In this document: one piece after another, positions 35,294-45,246 of the stretch
How positions within the stretch are numbered: position 1 is the first letter of the stretch
Layout of the letters: each line of letters begins with the position of its first letter
Virus record (IMG/VR): IMGVR_UViG_3300029305_004190
Origin: a virus
Direction: 5' to 3' (one strand)
Length of the DNA: 64,000 nucleotides
The notes under the pieces: generated by a model
The model's database searches: none
The model's input: only the letters and a program-made list of their open reading frames with translations
Told to the model about the DNA's origin: nothing
Translations under genes and position numbers: made by a program

Positions 35294-35497
35294 ATGAGCA
35301 AGGCAAAGTTATTGGAATATATGGATAAACCGGTCGTAGTTAATGCGAGAAACAGAATGGGTTGTGACGAGAACTGGTATAACTCATACTATGCCATATC
35401 GCACACCTTTTCACGAGAAGAAATCGAAGCGATGAGCGAAGCAGAGGTGAGCAACCTTATTAAGCTCGGCGATACGATTGCAGAATATCTGTATTGA
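35294..35497 (+). CDS. Hypothetical protein (67 aa)
   Basis: GAGGAG SD. Confidence 0.45.
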   Translation: MSKAKLLEYMDKPVVVNARNRMGCDENWYNSYYAISHTFSREEIEAMSEAEVSNLIKLGDTIAEYLY

Positions 35498-35805
35498 GGA
35501 TGATTTTTTTGAGAAACGCAATATATGAGCCATTCATGGATATAGACAGAATCACATTTAACACAGAGTTTCCAACATATATCTTAGCCTTCTGCCCAGA
35601 CACAGATAGTTGGTTTGCCACCAATCAGCGATTCTTTTATTATGAATACCCTATGGACTTCCCGAATGAAAGAGCTGCGATTGACTATTTCAGGATGAAT
35701 CCAGATGTGTTTTTGAAATTAGAAGAGAGCATGAAAGTTTATCGCCCATCATTCTTCAATGGCGGGGTGTGGCTGGATAATGCAAGAGAACTTGTGAAAA
35801 TATAG
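35494..35805 (+). CDS. Hypothetical protein (103 aa)
   Basis: ORF overlapping upstream stop. Confidence 0.5.
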   Translation: MRMIFLRNAIYEPFMDIDRITFNTEFPTYILAFCPDTDSWFATNQRFFYYEYPMDFPNERAAIDYFRMNPDVFLKLEESMKVYRPSFFNGGVWLDNARELVKI

Positions 35806-35821
35806 GATTAAGGTGGCTTAT

Positions 35822-35989
35822 ATGCACGCTATTAAAATATATGTAACTGCCAAAGATTTCGATGAGTTCATAAAGAAACATCTTAGTGAAGAGGATTCCA
35901 AAAAGTTTCAGGACTGCGAATGGATTCCGGTGAAAATCAATGTCACAGACCTACTGGAAATTGAAGTGACAGCAGTTCCAGCAAAATAA
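35822..35989 (+). CDS. Small hypothetical protein (55 aa), not in ORF track
   Basis: ATG after AAGGTGG SD; fills otherwise empty 180-nt gap. Confidence 0.35.
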   Translation: MHAIKIYVTAKDFDEFIKKHLSEEDSKKFQDCEWIPVKINVTDLLEIEVTAVPAK

Positions 35990-36001
35990 ATGGAGGTTTG
36001 T

Positions 36002-36355
36002 ATGACCCCTACCGCAAAACAACTAAATGCAATCGCATTTATTGAAAGAACTCTGCCATATCTGAAATTTGTTGGAACAACAAAAGGTGAGGCATCTGAA
36101 TTCATTGCTCTCCATTTGGGACAATCGAAAAGTAAGCAGCTTACACGAGTCAAGAACAAATATAGCAATTCATCTGTTGAAAGACAAAGCAACTCCAAAC
36201 AAATGACGGACGAAGAACGCTATGAAACATATATTGACAGCGTATCGCAGAATTACCTCGATGACTGTAGCGATAGTTATGGATGGTCATCCGAACACAA
36301 AGATATAGCTCGTAGACTTCACCCATTCGATGAATGGAAAAAGAACGGAGGTTAA
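36002..36355 (+). CDS. Hypothetical protein (117 aa)
   Basis: ATG after TGGAGG SD. Confidence 0.5.
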   Translation: MTPTAKQLNAIAFIERTLPYLKFVGTTKGEASEFIALHLGQSKSKQLTRVKNKYSNSSVERQSNSKQMTDEERYETYIDSVSQNYLDDCSDSYGWSSEHKDIARRLHPFDEWKKNGG

Positions 36356-36357
36356 CA

Positions 36358-36572
36358 TGAGAGACCTGAACAGACTTTATAAGTTCTATGAACAGTTACG
36401 CAATATCCATATGGAATACTTTCCCGATTTGCGGTTTGGTCAACTCTGTTACAATTTCTTTTCATGGCTATCAACAGAAAGAGGAGTGGATTATTTCTTC
36501 CCGGAAGAAAACGAGATGCTCCGTGCTTTAGAGCGGTATGCTGAGGCACAACGTGCCTGTCGCAAGAGGTAA
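36358..36572 (+). CDS. Hypothetical protein (71 aa)
   Basis: ATG after AACGGAGG SD. Confidence 0.45.
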
Positions 36573-36575
36573 CCT

Positions 36576-36908
36576 ATGAATACAGCTTACATATACGAGT
36601 ATTGGGGTCGCACAGAAATCGGGCGAAAGATGATTAAGTCCGACAGAGTATCTGAGAGCGACCTTCTTTTCTTGATGCCAAACAATGTTAAGAAGATGCA
36701 TGGTCTTCCCATGACACGAGTGGCAGCTAAACACAAATCACATTACAAGCGGCTTAGAAAAAGAATAATATTATCATTCAGACTTTTCGAAATAATTGAG
36801 GATGTCATCGACGAAATTTTGCCGCAAACATATAACGAAGAATTTTTTGGACAGTTTGTAGAGTTCAAAAATTATGAGTGTGGAGACAATGATATTCTCC
36901 TTGAATGA
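36576..36908 (+). CDS. Hypothetical protein (110 aa)
   Basis: ORF in compact array. Confidence 0.5.
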   Translation: MNTAYIYEYWGRTEIGRKMIKSDRVSESDLLFLMPNNVKKMHGLPMTRVAAKHKSHYKRLRKRIILSFRLFEIIEDVIDEILPQTYNEEFFGQFVEFKNYECGDNDILLE

Positions 36909-36917
36909 GAGGTGCGC

Positions 36918-37109
36918 ATGAAAAACAAAGGCATTTATGTCGGGCAGTTCTCCGAACAGGACATTACGCTCGGTCTTGATAAGGCTGCAGTTGAAAAGGC
37001 AAAGACTGAAACAGGGCTCAAATACACCAACACCGAATTTGTTAAGCGTAACGGCAAGGTTGTCGCTATGAAAATCTGGGTGTGCGGAATGGAGGATTTC
37101 AAAGTATGA
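36918..37109 (+). CDS. Hypothetical protein (63 aa)
   Basis: ATG after GAGGTG SD. Confidence 0.45.
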   Translation: MKNKGIYVGQFSEQDITLGLDKAAVEKAKTETGLKYTNTEFVKRNGKVVAMKIWVCGMEDFKV

Positions 37110-37483
37110 TTAAATCACCAAGAAAAGTGCTTAACGCAATCATCACGATATGCGTTGTCAGCTTGATTATTGGTTGTTTTGCGGCACTTATTTCGCATGG
37201 CAATAAGTGCGTAGAGCACAACTACTCATTGTCTGAATTATCCGAAGGAACTTACGGTTGGTATTACCGTGTTTCATCACAGGTTCCGGCACAAAATTAT
37301 GATGTCATTACCTTGTGTTGCAATGGTGTGGTAGCCACCTTTCAAGGCAATGTACACATCACCTACACAGATAGTAAGGAACCATATGCAGTCGTAAAAG
37401 ATTATAATCTTGTCAACGCCGACAAGATATATGTGTATGTTCCCAGAGGAACAATTCACTTCCAAGAAAATGTAGGTGTTTGA
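37106..37483 (+). CDS. Hypothetical membrane-anchored protein (125 aa)
   Basis: N-terminal TM helix (AIITICVVSLIIGCFAALI); GGAGG SD. Confidence 0.5.
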   Translation: MIKSPRKVLNAIITICVVSLIIGCFAALISHGNKCVEHNYSLSELSEGTYGWYYRVSSQVPAQNYDVITLCCNGVVATFQGNVHITYTDSKEPYAVVKDYNLVNADKIYVYVPRGTIHFQENVGV

Positions 37484-37484
37484 A

Positions 37485-37688
37485 ATGGGCGATAAGTGCT
37501 ACAAATGTTTAGGCTTCTCACGCTGCCTTTCAGCAGCGCTCAATAACACAACCATCCGCTGCATTGATTTTGGCGCACTGAAAAAGTGTGTCGATGAAAC
37601 GTTAGACAAGTTCAACGAGCTTGGATTACCGAATCCATTAACGCAAGAAGAAATGAAAGAGCTTATTTACTGTGTAAATAGAAGATAG
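37485..37688 (+). CDS. Small Cys-rich protein (67 aa)
   Basis: CYKCLGFSRC motif. Confidence 0.4.
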   Translation: MGDKCYKCLGFSRCLSAALNNTTIRCIDFGALKKCVDETLDKFNELGLPNPLTQEEMKELIYCVNRR

Positions 37689-37696
37689 AGGTCGCT

Positions 37697-38239
37697 GTGC
37701 AATACAAAAACAAGGTTAAATTATACGATACATACGGAGTTCTGTACGTCGATACAGCCGAGTTTCTCTTTGACCTTGAAGACCTTCCGATAATCCAGAG
37801 TCGAGATAGCTGGTATAAAGATAAGGATGGATACCTTGTCAGCAGTTATTTTTTTGATGATAGGCGACGGTTTGTTCGGTTTCACCGAATCATTATGAAT
37901 GCCCAACCTAACCAATGCGTTGACCACATCAATAAAAACAAGGCAGATAACCGCAAACAGAATCTCAGATGCTGTGAGCGAGCCGACAATGACCTCAACC
38001 GGAACCTCTATGTGACGAATACGTCTGGAGTTTCCGGTGTTTATTTTGATAGGAAACGCAATAAGTGGGTTGCAAGCATCACATACCGGCGAACGAAGAT
38101 TTATATCGGACGCTTTGATATCAAGGAAGATGCTGTACGAGCACGGCTCGACAAAGAAATGGAATTGTATAAAGAGTTTGCACCGCAGAGAGAACTGTGG
38201 GAGTCTATGAGAAAAGGAGATGCCACCATATGTGGATAA
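37697..38239 (+). CDS. HNH endonuclease with AP2 DNA-binding domain (homing-endonuclease-like)
   Basis: CVDHINKNKADNRKQNLR HNH motif; SGVSGVYFDRKRNKWVASI AP2-type motif. Confidence 0.75.
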   Translation: MQYKNKVKLYDTYGVLYVDTAEFLFDLEDLPIIQSRDSWYKDKDGYLVSSYFFDDRRRFVRFHRIIMNAQPNQCVDHINKNKADNRKQNLRCCERADNDLNRNLYVTNTSGVSGVYFDRKRNKWVASITYRRTKIYIGRFDIKEDAVRARLDKEMELYKEFAPQRELWESMRKGDATICG

Positions 38240-38538
38240 AGAAATCCGTTTATGAAGCTATGAAATCGTGTGCCGATAACAATGAGCATGATGCCAATTT
38301 ATTCAGAAGCCTGCTTTACTCACTACAAAAAGATGATGTGTGCGTCTTGTTAAGTTCTGATTTCGCACTGATGAAGCGGGATGTATACAACAGATTCTGC
38401 GATGAACAGGCTGTAACTAAGAAAAAGCTTGCAGATGCACTCATAGAACTTGAGTGGTACAAGAATAAATACCGCGAAACGACATGGAATGAAATCAATA
38501 AAACGGTAGATAATCTTTATGGGGAAAGCGAAACGTAA
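38197..38538 (+). CDS. Hypothetical protein (113 aa)
   Basis: ORF overlapping the HNH gene end. Confidence 0.45.
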   Translation: MGVYEKRRCHHMWIKKSVYEAMKSCADNNEHDANLFRSLLYSLQKDDVCVLLSSDFALMKRDVYNRFCDEQAVTKKKLADALIELEWYKNKYRETTWNEINKTVDNLYGESET

Positions 38539-38725
38539 ACCTCGTCCAGCTATGCCAAGATGGTATTGGCTTGGACAGGATGGTTGTTGGTTCTGCAAGA
38601 ACCGTAACAACTGTAATAACTGTAAGCCGAACCGTGAATACGTAAAAGAGTTCGGCGAAAAGAAAATCAAAGGAAAAACTGCAAGCAGCAAAATCAACCA
38701 CAGAAAGGAGCCGGATTATGAGTAA
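38519..38725 (+). CDS. Small basic Cys-rich protein (68 aa)
   Basis: CWFCKNRNNCNNCK cluster. Confidence 0.4.
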   Translation: MGKAKRKPRPAMPRWYWLGQDGCWFCKNRNNCNNCKPNREYVKEFGEKKIKGKTASSKINHRKEPDYE

Positions 38726-39560
38726 CAAGAAAGATTCGCTCGGCGACAGAATGAAACGATATGAGTATGTCTCTCGTACATATCTGACCAGAAGAACACC
38801 GGTAATCATCCGCATTGATGGTAAAGCGTTTCATACTTTTACCAAGGGTATGAGAAAACCTTTTGATAAAGTGCTGATGAATGTAATGCAGGAAACGATG
38901 AAGTCTCTGTGCGAAAACATCCAAGGCTGTGTGTTCGGCTATACACAATCTGACGAAATCACACTGGTGCTTACCGATTACGAAACAATTACCACCGAGG
39001 CATGGTTCGGTAACAACGTCCAAAAGATGGTGAGTGTTTCCGCTTCTATGGCAACGCAGTATTTCAATAAATATTTCAAACGTGAATACTCCAGATATTG
39101 TGGAGAAAACCTCGATGCTCCTGTTACAGAAGGTGAGCGTGAGTACAGAGAAACCCTTTATATCAAATTTGATAAAGCTTTGTTTGATTCGAGAGTTTTC
39201 ATCTTGCCCAAAGAGGAAGTTTGCAACTGCCTGATTTGGCGACAGCAGGATGCCACACGAAACAGCATCGAAGCCGTTGGACAAGCATACTTCTCTCACA
39301 AGGAACTTCACAAGAAAACGTGCAATCAAATTCAGGATATGCTCTGGAAGGAACGCAAAATTAACTGGAACGACTACCCGGTCGATTGTAAGCGAGGTTC
39401 TTGTTGTGTGAGAAAAGAATTTACCGAAGAACAATATCCAAAAGATTTCCTCGAAAACCCTGATGCAGAATCCACCTATATTGTTCGCAAGAGATGGGTA
39501 ATCGACAAAGAGCCTCCGATTTTCACTCAGGATAGAGAGTATGTGGAAAGGTGGTTATAA
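38718..39560 (+). CDS. Thg1-like protein (tRNA-His guanylyltransferase family, 3'-5' nucleotide addition)
   Basis: IIRIDGKAFHTFTKG is the hallmark Thg1/TLP active-site motif; 280 aa. Confidence 0.8.
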   Translation: MSNKKDSLGDRMKRYEYVSRTYLTRRTPVIIRIDGKAFHTFTKGMRKPFDKVLMNVMQETMKSLCENIQGCVFGYTQSDEITLVLTDYETITTEAWFGNNVQKMVSVSASMATQYFNKYFKREYSRYCGENLDAPVTEGEREYRETLYIKFDKALFDSRVFILPKEEVCNCLIWRQQDATRNSIEAVGQAYFSHKELHKKTCNQIQDMLWKERKINWNDYPVDCKRGSCCVRKEFTEEQYPKDFLENPDAESTYIVRKRWVIDKEPPIFTQDREYVERWL

Positions 39561-39832
39561 TGGGGGAACAAGGAACTAACCTGATTGAAGCTCTCCAAGA
39601 ACGAATTTCTTGGCTTGAGGGTCAAGCTGCGGAAGCAAACTGCAGAGCGGCTACAGCCAATAATCGTATCGAGTTATTGGAGGAAGAGATACGCCATCTC
39701 AGAGAGAAATTTGCTGGTGATTTGCTTGTGGAAATTGCTGACCGATTCAAACGCTTTGTTGATAACAGAGAGCTTGTTGGCATGACAAACGATGAGTTTA
39801 ACTACGAACTTCATCAGTTGCTGTTCAGTTGA
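39551..39832 (+). CDS. Hypothetical coiled-coil protein (93 aa)
   Basis: Heptad-like LEEEIRHLREKF. Confidence 0.5.
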   Translation: MVIMGEQGTNLIEALQERISWLEGQAAEANCRAATANNRIELLEEEIRHLREKFAGDLLVEIADRFKRFVDNRELVGMTNDEFNYELHQLLFS

Positions 39833-39835
39833 GAT

Positions 39836-40090
39836 ATGAGCAAACGAATCAATAAAAATACGAACGAATATGCTATCCGCCGATTGTGGTCAAGAAGACA
39901 GTTGGCTGAAGCATTGGTTCAGTGGCATCAAGAAGAAACAACAGATTATGACTGGGATGAGAACCCAATCCCGGGTTATATGGAAGACTATTATACTACA
40001 AGTGATAATCAAGAGTTCAGTGATTACGAAGAAGCGGTCGAACACGAACTTTGGTGGCTTGCACAGGAGGTGAGCAGCAGTGGTGAATAA
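39836..40090 (+). CDS. Hypothetical acidic protein (84 aa)
   Basis: ORF in compact array. Confidence 0.5.
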   Translation: MSKRINKNTNEYAIRRLWSRRQLAEALVQWHQEETTDYDWDENPIPGYMEDYYTTSDNQEFSDYEEAVEHELWWLAQEVSSSGE

Positions 40091-40634
40091 GAAGTTTTAC
40101 ATTTCCGACTGGCATTACGGTCATGAAAACATAATTGCATTTGATAACCGCCCATTCAAATCACTGGATGAAATGAATGAGGTATTGGTTGAACGGTGGA
40201 ATAATGTGGTTTCTGCCGGTGACATTGTTTATGTTCTCGGCGATATGTTCTGGTGCAATGCGGAAACGGCAATTCCTGTTCTCGATAAACTGAACGGACA
40301 GAAGTTTCTCATTCAGGGTAACCATGACAGATGCAATGATAACAGGTTTAAGAAGAAGTTTGTCAAGGTTACAGAGTATCTTGAGGTCGAGGATGGCGAT
40401 AAAAGAGTTGTCCTTTGTCACTACCCTATTCCCTGCTTTAAGAACCACTTCTATGGATGGTACCACTTGTATGGTCATGTCCACAATTCTTTTGAGGCGA
40501 ACATGATGGAACACAATAAGTATCTGATGCAGGAGCTGTACGGACATCAATGCCATATGTTCAATGTCGGTGCAATGATGCCATGGATGGATTATACTCC
40601 AAGAACACTCAGTCAAATTATAGGTCAAAGTTAA
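40080..40634 (+). CDS. Calcineurin-like metallophosphoesterase (second copy)
   Basis: ISDWHYGH, LGDMF, GNHD, GHVH motifs. Confidence 0.8.
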   Translation: MVNKKFYISDWHYGHENIIAFDNRPFKSLDEMNEVLVERWNNVVSAGDIVYVLGDMFWCNAETAIPVLDKLNGQKFLIQGNHDRCNDNRFKKKFVKVTEYLEVEDGDKRVVLCHYPIPCFKNHFYGWYHLYGHVHNSFEANMMEHNKYLMQELYGHQCHMFNVGAMMPWMDYTPRTLSQIIGQS

Positions 40635-40680
40635 AGGCGGCTAAGCAAGAAAATGCTCAACCGCCTTCTTATATAATTAC

Positions 40681-41205
40681 TCAGTCTACATACATTAGGC
40701 AGAAATCAACGCCATAATCAACTGAGATTTCAAGCTCCTTATAGGTATACTCTGTGAATAAGTAAACATACTTGGCATCATCACAATGCTTTTCTAATAT
40801 ATTTTTCAGATTCTCTTCATATTCACCATCAAACAGCAGTGAATATTTTCCATCTGAAATATCGTATGTGAGGCTGCTAACAGGGATGTTATAAAACTTG
40901 ATTCCACAGTCTTCGTATTCCCATTTGTCTCCATCGGTTTCTGATGGCAAACCTAAAAAGAATATCGTGGCAACTTTTCCGTTTTTAATATCAAAGTCAT
41001 TCATTTTGATGTTTGGTCTTAAAAGGATGCTGATTGTCAGAACGATGCAAGCAATCACAAAGATTGCTACTGCTATTGTCATCGACCTCTTTTTATTGCC
41101 CGAAATGTTATTCAAAATTGATTTACGCACATAGCCACAGTGAGGACATTTATTTGCGGTGTCGCTGATTTCTTTCCCGCATTCAGGGCAGTTAATCAAT
41201 GCCAT
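40681..41205 (-). CDS. Zinc-ribbon membrane protein
   Basis: N-terminal CPECG...CPHCG zinc ribbon, one TM helix, extracytoplasmic domain; one of only two minus-strand genes. Confidence 0.6.
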   Translation of the reverse strand: MALINCPECGKEISDTANKCPHCGYVRKSILNNISGNKKRSMTIAVAIFVIACIVLTISILLRPNIKMNDFDIKNGKVATIFFLGLPSETDGDKWEYEDCGIKFYNIPVSSLTYDISDGKYSLLFDGEYEENLKNILEKHCDDAKYVYLFTEYTYKELEISVDYGVDFCLMYVD

Positions 41206-41400
41206 AATATCACCTCTCATTTTATGTAAACACGAAACAAACCCATTTTATTATACCACAAAAAGCTTCAAAAGTCAAGATTTCCAATAGCCATTAAACC
41301 TGTTGACAAAAATGGATTCACTCAAACCAATGCGACCCAAGGGATGCAGGGTGGCGTGATGGAGCGTAGTAATGCATCTCTATAACACAACTCAAGGACG

Positions 41401-42588
41401 GTGATTCCGATGATTTATTTAGACAACGCGGCAACAACAAAGGTTGCTCCAGAAGTTCTTGAAGCCATGATGCCTTACCTTACAGACGAATACGGTAATG
41501 CCGGTTCAACATATAAATTTGGACGAGCTGCTAAAGCAGCAATTCAAAATGCAAGAGGACAAGTGGCTGGTCTATTCAACTGCCAACCGAACAATGTGGT
41601 ATTCACTTCTGGTGGCAGCGAGAGCAACAACATGGTCTTTCAAGGACTCAGACATAAACTCTTGGAAGCAGGCAAGAAACACCTTGTAGTTTCCGCCATC
41701 GAACACGATTCCGTCTTGAAGGCAGCAGAAATGCTTACCAAAGACGGATTTTATATTACTTATATCGCGCCGGACAAAGACGGATATATTCGTCCAAGAG
41801 ATATTTCGGAAGCGATTACAGAGGAAACAGGACTCGTCTCCGTTATGTATGTCAACAATGAAACTGGCGCAGTCAATGACATCAAGGAAATCGGGCGTAT
41901 CTGCTGTCAGAAAAATGTGTTATTCCACACAGACTGTGTTCAAGCGGCAGGTCAGTACAATATTGATGTGAACGATTGCTGCATTGATTTCGCGTCAATT
42001 TCATCTCATAAGATTCATGGATGCAAAGGCGTTGGTGCGCTGTATATCAGAAATCTGGATGTACAGCCATTGATTTCCGGCGGAGCGGAGCAAGAATTCG
42101 GTTTGCGAGGAGGAACAGAAAATGTTGCGGGAATTATTGGTTTCGGTAAGGCTGCTGAATTGACCATTGAACACCTCCGCGTAGACATGATTGAAATCTC
42201 CGTCATGAAGCAACAGTTTTATATGAAGCTTCGTGATGTTTTCAAAGCATCTGGTGGTGACATTGAAACAATCCATGTGAATGGTCATCCTGTAATTGAA
42301 CCGGGAAAAATCTTGAACATACGAATCGATGGTGTGGATGCAGAAACGCTTCTGCTTATGCTTGACACAAGAAATATTTGTATTTCAGCAGGTTCTGCCT
42401 GTCGAAGCCATGAAGCACAACCAAGCCATGTACTTACGGCAATGGGCTTGACGGACGAGGAGTCCAGAGGCTCTGTAAGGATTTCATTCTCAAGGTATAA
42501 CACCCATGATGAAGTTATGGAGGCGGCGGAGAAGATTGCTCTTTGTGTGAGAGCTCTCCAAGAAGAACTGCAAAACTTACAACAGTAA
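41401..42588 (+). CDS. Cysteine desulfurase (class V aminotransferase, NifS/IscS-like)
   Basis: PLP-lysine motif SSHKIHG, active-site Cys region SAGSACRS, N-terminal LDNAATT. Confidence 0.85.
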   Translation: MIPMIYLDNAATTKVAPEVLEAMMPYLTDEYGNAGSTYKFGRAAKAAIQNARGQVAGLFNCQPNNVVFTSGGSESNNMVFQGLRHKLLEAGKKHLVVSAIEHDSVLKAAEMLTKDGFYITYIAPDKDGYIRPRDISEAITEETGLVSVMYVNNETGAVNDIKEIGRICCQKNVLFHTDCVQAAGQYNIDVNDCCIDFASISSHKIHGCKGVGALYIRNLDVQPLISGGAEQEFGLRGGTENVAGIIGFGKAAELTIEHLRVDMIEISVMKQQFYMKLRDVFKASGGDIETIHVNGHPVIEPGKILNIRIDGVDAETLLLMLDTRNICISAGSACRSHEAQPSHVLTAMGLTDEESRGSVRISFSRYNTHDEVMEAAEKIALCVRALQEELQNLQQ

Positions 42589-42605
42589 CAAAGGAGATGA
42601 ACAGC

Positions 42606-43628
42606 ATGACGATTGAACAAATCAAGGAAATGGTCTCTGGGGCGGATTATGATTTTCTGCGTACAAATGAGCACCTTCGTAATCGAACCATCTTTCTGAC
42701 GCTTGGTGGAAGCTACTCATACGGTACAAACATTGAAACGTCGGATGTAGATGTACGAGGATGTGCGCTGAATAGTCCGTCAGATTTGCTTGGTCTTACT
42801 AACTTTGAGCAGGTGGTAAACGAAGCAACAGACACCACGGTGTACAGTTTTAATAAGCTCATTGGCTTATTGTTAAACTGCAATCCTAACACGATTGAAA
42901 TGTTGGGTTGTAAGCCGGAGCATTACTTTTTCATCACAGATATTGGGCAAAGCATGATTGACAATCGTAAGCTGTTTCTCTCCAAGCGGGCTGTTAATTC
43001 CTTTGGAGGGTACGCCACACAACAGCTTCGCCGATTGGAAAATGCTCTTGCACGAGATAAGCTTTCGCAAGCTCGTAAAGAAGAGCATATTTTGAAATCA
43101 ATGCAAAGTTCTGTTAAGGCTTTTGAGGAAAAGTACACTTCTTTCGAACACGGAAGCCTCACACTATATACCGCTGACAGTACACGGGATGATTTGGATA
43201 GAGAAATTTTCGCTGATATCCATATAGACAAATATCCTGCACGTGAGTTCAATGGAATGGTCAATGCGCTTGCCAATGTGCTTGGCACATATGAAAAATT
43301 GAATCATCGAAATCACAAGAAAGATGACAATCACTTGAACAAGCACGCTATGCATTTGGTTCGTCTTTATCTTATGTGTCTTGATATTCTCGAAAAAGAA
43401 GATATCATCACATATCGAGAGAACGACCATGATTTGCTGATGAGCATCCGCTCGGGTGCATTCCAACTCGAAGATGGGACTTATCACCCCGAGTTTTTCA
43501 AAATGATTGATGATTTTGAAAAAAGGTTGGCTTACGCAAAAGAGAATACCTCGTTACCAGAACATCCAAACATGAAGCTTGTGCAAGAATTTGTGATGGA
43601 TATCAATAGGAGGTCGCTTGATGTATAA
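42606..43628 (+). CDS. Pol-beta-superfamily nucleotidyltransferase with helical C-terminal domain (CD-NTase/cGAS-DncV-like or OAS-like signature)
   Basis: LTLGGSYSYGTNIETSDVDVRG = GS-x9-13-[DE]h[DE]h nucleotidyltransferase motif; AAAGGAG SD. Confidence 0.6.
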   Translation: MTIEQIKEMVSGADYDFLRTNEHLRNRTIFLTLGGSYSYGTNIETSDVDVRGCALNSPSDLLGLTNFEQVVNEATDTTVYSFNKLIGLLLNCNPNTIEMLGCKPEHYFFITDIGQSMIDNRKLFLSKRAVNSFGGYATQQLRRLENALARDKLSQARKEEHILKSMQSSVKAFEEKYTSFEHGSLTLYTADSTRDDLDREIFADIHIDKYPAREFNGMVNALANVLGTYEKLNHRNHKKDDNHLNKHAMHLVRLYLMCLDILEKEDIITYRENDHDLLMSIRSGAFQLEDGTYHPEFFKMIDDFEKRLAYAKENTSLPEHPNMKLVQEFVMDINRRSLDV

Positions 43629-44982
43629 GATATGTGTTCCTCGCGGAGCGCAATCAATCGTAATGGGGCTCAGATATGCTCACCATGAAGCGTATGTGGT
43701 TGGAGGATGTGTCAGAGATAGTCTCCTTGGCAAGGAGCCCAAAGATTGGGATATTTGCACATCTGCCACACCAGATGAAATGAAAGAGCATTTCATAAGA
43801 GCAGGCTTTGAAACAATCGACACGGGTTTGAAACACGGAACTATTACTGTCAAGGTCGGAAAAGGTGAACAATATGAAGTAACCACATTTCGAGTTGATG
43901 GTAATTATTCTGACAGCCGTCATCCGGACAGTGTAGAATTTGTTGACAGCGTTTATAAAGATTTATCCAGACGAGATTTTACAATCAATGCAATGGCATA
44001 CAATTCCGCCGGATTGATTGACCCATATCACGGTCGTCAGGATTTGGAACGTGGCGTCATTTCTTGCGTTGGAAATCCCGATGACCGCTTTTCAGAAGAT
44101 GCTTTACGGATTCTCAGAGCATTACGGTTCGCTTCCACATATAATTTCACGATTGATGATAAGACAGCAGAGTCAATTCATAAGAATAAGGATAACCTGA
44201 AGAATATTGCAGTTGAACGTATTCAATCAGAGTTGTGCAAGATGCTTTGTGGTAAAGGTGTTTTACAGGTTTTGCTGGATTTTAGCGACGTAATGTCCAC
44301 TATCATTCCCGAAATCACACCATGTATAGGATTCAAACAGAACAATCCATATCACCAATATACAATCTATGACCACATCGCCCATGCAGTAGCCAACTGT
44401 GACACATCTGATGTTTCAATTAAGGTTGCACTGCTGCTCCATGACATTGGAAAGCCGATGTGTTATTCGGAGGATGAGAATGGAGGGCACTTTCATGGTC
44501 ATGCGCTGCCCGGAAGAGACATTGCTGAAACCGTCATGAATCGGCTTCGTTTTGATAATAAAACAAAAGAGGAAGTCCTTGACCTTGTCTTGTATCATGA
44601 TGCAACGATTGAGCCAACACTAAAAACGGTACGCCGTTGGTTGAATAAGATTGGCGAAAGGCGGTTTTCACAGCTACTTGATATCAGAATGGCTGACATT
44701 AAAGCTCATGCCGAAGGTACTCAGGATTCACGCATCGAGAGGTGCCAAGCGCTTGGGACAATCATGTCAGAAATTCTGGAACAAGAGCAGTGTTTTTGCC
44801 TAAAAGATTTGGCTATCAGAGGTAAAGATATTTTGTCATTTGGAATTCAAGAGGGTAAGCTTGTCGGAGATACCTTGAATCATATCCTCGATATGGTTAT
44901 CAACGGTGAACTTGAAAACTATATCGAAGTTCAGATGGAAGAAGCCAAACAATACTTGGAGGCAAGGCAAAATGGCGGATAA
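43618..44982 (+). CDS. cca: CCA-adding tRNA nucleotidyltransferase with HD domain
   Basis: GGCVRDSLLGKEPKDWDI head motif, RRDFTINA, HD domain HDIGK. Confidence 0.85.
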   Translation: MMYKICVPRGAQSIVMGLRYAHHEAYVVGGCVRDSLLGKEPKDWDICTSATPDEMKEHFIRAGFETIDTGLKHGTITVKVGKGEQYEVTTFRVDGNYSDSRHPDSVEFVDSVYKDLSRRDFTINAMAYNSAGLIDPYHGRQDLERGVISCVGNPDDRFSEDALRILRALRFASTYNFTIDDKTAESIHKNKDNLKNIAVERIQSELCKMLCGKGVLQVLLDFSDVMSTIIPEITPCIGFKQNNPYHQYTIYDHIAHAVANCDTSDVSIKVALLLHDIGKPMCYSEDENGGHFHGHALPGRDIAETVMNRLRFDNKTKEEVLDLVLYHDATIEPTLKTVRRWLNKIGERRFSQLLDIRMADIKAHAEGTQDSRIERCQALGTIMSEILEQEQCFCLKDLAIRGKDILSFGIQEGKLVGDTLNHILDMVINGELENYIEVQMEEAKQYLEARQNGG

Positions 44983-45208
44983 GAAAAAAGAATATCCATA
45001 TCCAAAGGGTGAACACGTTTGGGTAGGATATTATACCGATAAGCATGAATTGATGTTCATCATCACAAGTAAGGAATCTTCGAGAGATTACTACTTTCTT
45101 TATGAGTATGCGAATGGCAAGTTCCAGAAACTTGGTAAGTCTCGTTCACCAAAAGAACTTGAAGAAAAGTTTGAGGTCGAAAAGAAGATTCGTTGTCATA
45201 CATCTTGA
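44972..45208 (+). CDS. Hypothetical protein (78 aa)
   Basis: ATG overlapping cca stop; track ORF 44906 start rejected. Confidence 0.4.
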   Translation: MADKKKEYPYPKGEHVWVGYYTDKHELMFIITSKESSRDYYFLYEYANGKFQKLGKSRSPKELEEKFEVEKKIRCHTS

Positions 45209-45246
45209 GATTTTTACAAATATATGATATAATGTAATGTGAAGGA

